Shown one piece after another: positions 59,032 to 64,000 of a DNA stretch of 64,000 nucleotides. The notes beneath the pieces were generated by a model. That model was not told where the DNA came from. It worked only from the letters and a program-made list of their open reading frames with translations, and made no database searches. The DNA is from Amoebidium appalachense (taxonomy: Eukaryota; Protista; Ichthyosporea): positions 124,001-188,000 of the forward strand of contig CAVNZM010000007.1 of assembly GCA_963693365.1 (NCBI GenBank), written 5' to 3'. A program made the position numbers and the translations under genes. Position 1 is the stretch's first letter; each line of letters opens with the position of its first letter.

Positions 59032-60014
59032 GCTCTGTGTGATTCTGAGCCAATCAAACAACTCGATTAGGTGTAGTTGCTAGTACCAGTAATGGTAGAG
59101 GGATTGTTGTATTTTTAGTGGTTGATATCTTGTTTTTTCGAGATGTAAAGAATACGTTGTGGGGCTGTCAATACGAAGAACGCACACTTGCCGTTAAAGC
59201 CGAGTGTCCGTGTTGCTATGTACATAGTTGCCCAATGATATGCATACATAAGAGTAGGTGGTTTTATGGCATTCTTCTAGTGGCCCTGGTTGGCAGAATA
59301 AAACTATGAACATGGTTTATAAAAATGTCGATACAACTACTCAGCTCCACTGGGAAACATTTCATGTGCCGATTTTTTTTTGTGTGTGTGGTGGTGGTAG
59401 GTTGTGTGTGTGTGTGTCTGTGTGTGGTGGGTGTGTGTGTGGGGGGGGGGGGGGGGGGGGGGGGGGAGAAGGAGGAAGGGGAAGGGGGTGATCTGCACTT
59501 TCGAATAGCAAAGTCTATTGGCACCTGCTGCAACACACCGGCCTGCAAAATTCTAGTTGACAGACGGCATATGCTTGCCTATAAAGGGTGTTGCCACCAC
59601 GCCTTGCTTTGCGTCTACATGATAAAGGAAGAAAGCAGGATACAACCGTTAATGGTTTATGCATATGTGTTAACCATCCTATTCCGAGTCAATACAAATA
59701 TGATGACATGACTCTTATTAATAGTGTAGCTCGGCTGTAGCTCAAGCTTGGCCAAGCTATGCATACAATGTGTGTGTGCACTTTATAAATATACCAAGAG
59801 CATGTAACACTCTTTGTGTGACGCTCTGCCACAGCACGTGTGTGTGTGTGTGTGTGCGTGTGTGCAAGTGTGTGTGTGTGTGTGTGTGCGCGTGCGCGTG
59901 CGTGCGCGTGCGTGCGCGTGCGTGCGTGCGTGTGCGTTTGCATGTGTGTGCGTGCGTGTGTGCGTGTGCATGTGTGACTGTGCGTGTGTGTGTGCTTGGG
60001 TGTGCTCACGTGTC

Positions 60015-60059
<45 letters not shown>

Positions 60060-60546
60060 TCATGATGGCAGTGATGGCGGGGTACGCCACCCCCGGGAGG
60101 GGAGAGAGGGGGGGGGGGGGGGTGGCTTCCCAAGGGGGGAGGGTTGCAATTGATCATGTGTGCCTCGATGAGGCTATGATCCGAGTTCTCATAAAAACAG
60201 CCTCATTCTTACCATGTACATACGGCAGCTCACAGCAAGCCTTAGGCACAGGTGCATCTACTGTAACAGAGAGGTAGGAACGTAGCCCTGGCAGTCACTG
60301 GGTCAGACAAACCAATAGCCATATATAGGCCATTGCAACAAACCGGGCACTGGCTGAGTATGTTGCTATAATCATTGCCATGTTTATCAAGTTTGCAGCA
60401 AATCCAATTGGCTGGAAGAAGACTTGCGAGACTGCAAGTTCAACAGAATACTTTTTCATGCACATTCAATTTATTTTAGTAGTGTATTTGGATCACAGAA
60501 ACATATCCCGGTTTGGGCTTGTCTGCATTTGATATGTGTCAGGAAA

Positions 60547-60580
<34 letters not shown>

Positions 60581-61379
60581 TGGGGGGAGGGGAGTGGGGG
60601 GGGGGGGGGGGGGGGGGGGGAGTCACAAAAGTGGGTTTTGTCCACGTGCGTTGGTTATTCATTTTTGAGCAAGCCAATGATTGCCAGGTACATGTGCATG
60701 TACTTTGTGTGCATTTATAGGACGTGCTGTCGCCGAATCTGTATCCCCACGTGTTTTATGTGATCATGATATGTGTGCAATAAAAAGGAAGCAGCCCTCA
60801 TCCTCCTCCCTCCCATATGTAAACACACGTGCACACACACACAAACACACACATGTAACAGCACAGAATCGCCAACCACACATACATGTGTTCACACACA
60901 TACACACACACGCAGGCATGGCCGTCTTGAAAACTCAACCTTTATCTTTATATTTTTAGTAACACCCTTACATTTTGGTAGCATCAATATCCCCTGCAAA
61001 GTGTTCCAGAGGGTCGTGCCGCAGGGGCACAGACAACCGATCTGTATGTACGCAAGTACACCTCCAGACATACACAGCTCACAACTGCCCAGGCTAGGGA
61101 CCACGTGTACGCGCATGGGTGTAGACAGGCCCACGGTTGAATACGGAGAGTTGGCAGGCTTCACTACTGTTGTGTGGCGGTAGTTCGAGTGCAGGAAGCA
61201 GAAAGTTTAATCCGGTTTGAAATCCAACGACATATATGTGGACACCATACTATTTACATGAAAACCACTTGCCCTACATGACTATCTTGTAAAAGCCTCG
61301 TCTAGCAAGGAAGGACTTGAAACACACACCTGTCTATTCTACTGTTTATATATCTCGAAAACCCACTCAACAGACATCT

Positions 61380-62446
61380 TTACACACTGCTGCTTCTTTC
61401 ACCCCTCACAGTACTATCATAGTATGCCTTCACAATACGGTGATGATAATAACTTGCACCTGCAGACCACAAGAAAATTGACGAAAACCCAGCAGCAAAA
61501 TACACCACTACGGAGTAGATCACAACGGTAGCAATGGTCCACGCGTTCTCTGTTTCTGGGGTGCGGAATGAGTTCCCAAGTGCTATCACTATCACAGCTA
61601 TCAACCGTGAAGCGACGACTGCCACCGCAGTGATGCACAAATACAGTAGCCAATACTGGAATGAGCGCAGTTTTTTCTCCCTCAGCAGCGCCCAACACCT
61701 ACTGATTGCAGAATGGGCCCCACACCCTCCACCACGATAATCGCAGGGGCAATGCTCAGACCAATGGCAGCAATCACCCCCGGTACCACCAACAGAGCAA
61801 GGCCAATCAGAATCATGAAGTAGTACATGACGTTGAATAAGACTAGGTACACCAGTGTACGCAAGTCGCAACATCCACCACCACAAAACACCGCATACAG
61901 CCGTGCCGATCCTTCAAAGGCGGAAACATCTGTGCCCCTTGGCAACTGGTTGACGGAGGCAAAGTACTCGTATGAACGCTCTGTGACTGCACGGGTAACC
62001 GTGCGCTGTGCAGACACACAGAACACGCTGAAAAGAAGAAACACGCCGAGCATGTTCATGGCCGCATAGATGGCTGCGTCAGACAGACCCATGTCCTTTG
62101 CCCCGTGCACGAAATAGTCAAACGCACTTGTGACACCGCTAGGGATGAGTGCCTTTACAGCATAGTACGTACCGATGTTCACCGTCAAAACCGTTGTGCC
62201 AAACCACACCGCACTAACCAACCCAGACGCAGTGCCCATGTACTCCAGCGCGCGGTCCAATGCATCCCTGAGGCGAGGTTTGGGCCCCGCAGCACCTTGC
62301 GTGAACTTTGCCGTTGGGGGTGAGCGTGTTACGAGGATGTGTTGCTTGTCGTCGAGGTAAATTGTGCTTGGTGGCTGTGCTGTGCTGTTGTCTGACTCCC
62401 CGTAGGCCGCTTTGGGCGCGCGGGGGGTTAGCTGTGGAGGCTCCAT
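61380..62446 (-). CDS. Intronless multi-pass membrane protein (GPDPase-membrane-domain/DUF975-like), one frameshift near 61716
   Basis: Two overlapping hydrophobic ORFs (62446-61682 and 61886-61380) join on adding one T (ccc att [t]ct gca), giving 'LALLVVPGVIAAIGLSIAPAIIVVEGVGPISAISRCWALLR'. This resembles the 'llivPgi...vle..g...al.rS..L' signature of that family. Confidence 0.7.
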
Positions 62447-64000
62447 GCTGGCGTGAATGAAAACGAGCGCCTGTTAAGCCAAAAAAGAGATAGAGCCAAA
62501 CCAGAATAGAGGGCAACAGAGGATTGGTGATGAGCTGCAACCCAAATGTACAGCTAGCAGATGAAGTAAATACGAGCGTGTTTTTTAGCTTGATTTTGTA
62601 AATTGAGCGTGCTAACGTGATGACGCATAGTTACCTCCATGAACCAAAGCTAGCAGGAGATCACTGTTTTGCCTGTTTCTAATATATACTTCTCTTCCCT
62701 CTCACTAAAAGTGACACAGGCACGTACATATGTAACGGTAGATGTAACGCAGCGGGCGTGTTGACTTTTTCGTTTTTGCGGATAAAAGGGCTGCGTTCTT
62801 TTGGGGAGTTTTACCCGTAGGTGATTGGAGGGGGCCATCTGAAATCAGCTGTGCCTATTGCGATGCCGTGACTTGTAGCGAATGGCATGAAGCTTAATTT
62901 TCTTTCTACAATATCCTGATGTCTACACTATAAGTAGTTCCATTTAATGCAAGACATCAACCGAATCAACCTGTTTTTCAAGAAATACAAATACAAATAA
63001 ATTTAAATTTAATCTTACCAGCTTTTTTTGTCATATATGGTACATATTAGAGCATTATACCTTGCAGGCGTCAAACCGTCATCGCCGTCAACTTGCGTTA
63101 AGTGTTACCGTAATCCGTCTGTCATCGTATTTGAACCAATCGCATCAAGGCTTAAATGAGGCTATTTTCCGTCCAACTATTGGAGTAATAAAGATGAAGG
63201 CGGCAGGTATTTTCCTGTGTTTTGTTTTTGTTGTTTCCCGGTTTTCTGTTTACAGGGGCACCATGTGGCCGCTTTGTTCTCATCCCTGACCTGTATAATG
63301 GTGTAGCTCAGCCCCTCCCTTACAGCCCTCACCTGCAGCACTCAGTGAAGAGTTGTTATCGTTATCCATAAAACGACCCTCAGTTCCACCCACTCCTCCC
63401 TCTTCCCCCCAACCCTTCCTGGCGTTCCTCTAGGCGGCCTCGGCCAGACATACCGTTCGCGCAAGCCTAAAGCTAACGAAACTTCGGTGGCGCCCCCGGA
63501 GGAGAGTGGTTGCTTGTGTATGTGGGAAGGGAGGAGGGGGTGGAACGGAAGGGTTGGGGGGGCGGGGGGAGGTTGTCTTAACTAAGTAATTGATGATGTG
63601 ACTAATAAAGGCTCTCAATGTGCACTGAAAAAAAAAGCGGAGCTTGAAGCAGCATCGACCCACAGAAGAGCACCCAAGCTCCCCCTTTTATTTTGAGCAT
63701 AAGGAACTGGTCTCTATCTCTTTTTTCCAGCATAATGCATGATGTGCAACCCAGCTATACACTCTGCCGTCGTGTCATTGTTACAGGGTATAGGCAATCA
63801 TAGTACAACTGCACACAACTCGTATTCAGAAAATTCGTTTTCACATGTGGCAACCGTGAGTCAATATACAGCTTTTAGCTACCTACAGAGACTTCTAAGT
63901 AATAGATACAAGTTGAAGGCAAACACACAAGTCATAAATATGTATTGTGTGAGTGCTTGTTAAAGAATAACAACCCCCCCTTAAAAAAAGAAGAAGAAAA

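Overview
Intron-rich eukaryotic genomic DNA (GT-AG introns, standard code), most likely from a unicellular holozoan such as a choanoflagellate or ichthyosporean; this is inferred from gene content and not proven. Nearly all long ORFs in the supplied track are microsatellite or homopolymer artefacts. Manual splicing gives eight genes: a 5'-truncated TPR + MYND-finger gene (+), a type I PKA regulatory subunit (-), a PAM2 + ankyrin protein (-), an ANKRD11/12 orthologue (+), an intronless SCHIP1/FEZ-like coiled-coil protein (+), an AMFR/gp78-type RING-H2 + CUE E3 ligase (+), the GDP-fucose transporter SLC35C1 (+) and an intronless multi-pass membrane protein (-). Introns are packed with (GT)n/(AC)n and poly-G/poly-C tracts. 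In several introns these are arranged as nested complementary arms, with (AC)n running directly into the acceptor AG, which suggests structure-assisted splicing. Non-coding DNA holds a Helentron/DINE-1-like element inserted in a palindromic AT-rich minisatellite, a Helitron-like element, a TTAA-flanked Kolobok-like MITE and a ~200-bp dispersed intronic repeat family. Several single-base frameshifts in short homopolymers and exact tandem duplications probably reflect assembly error.
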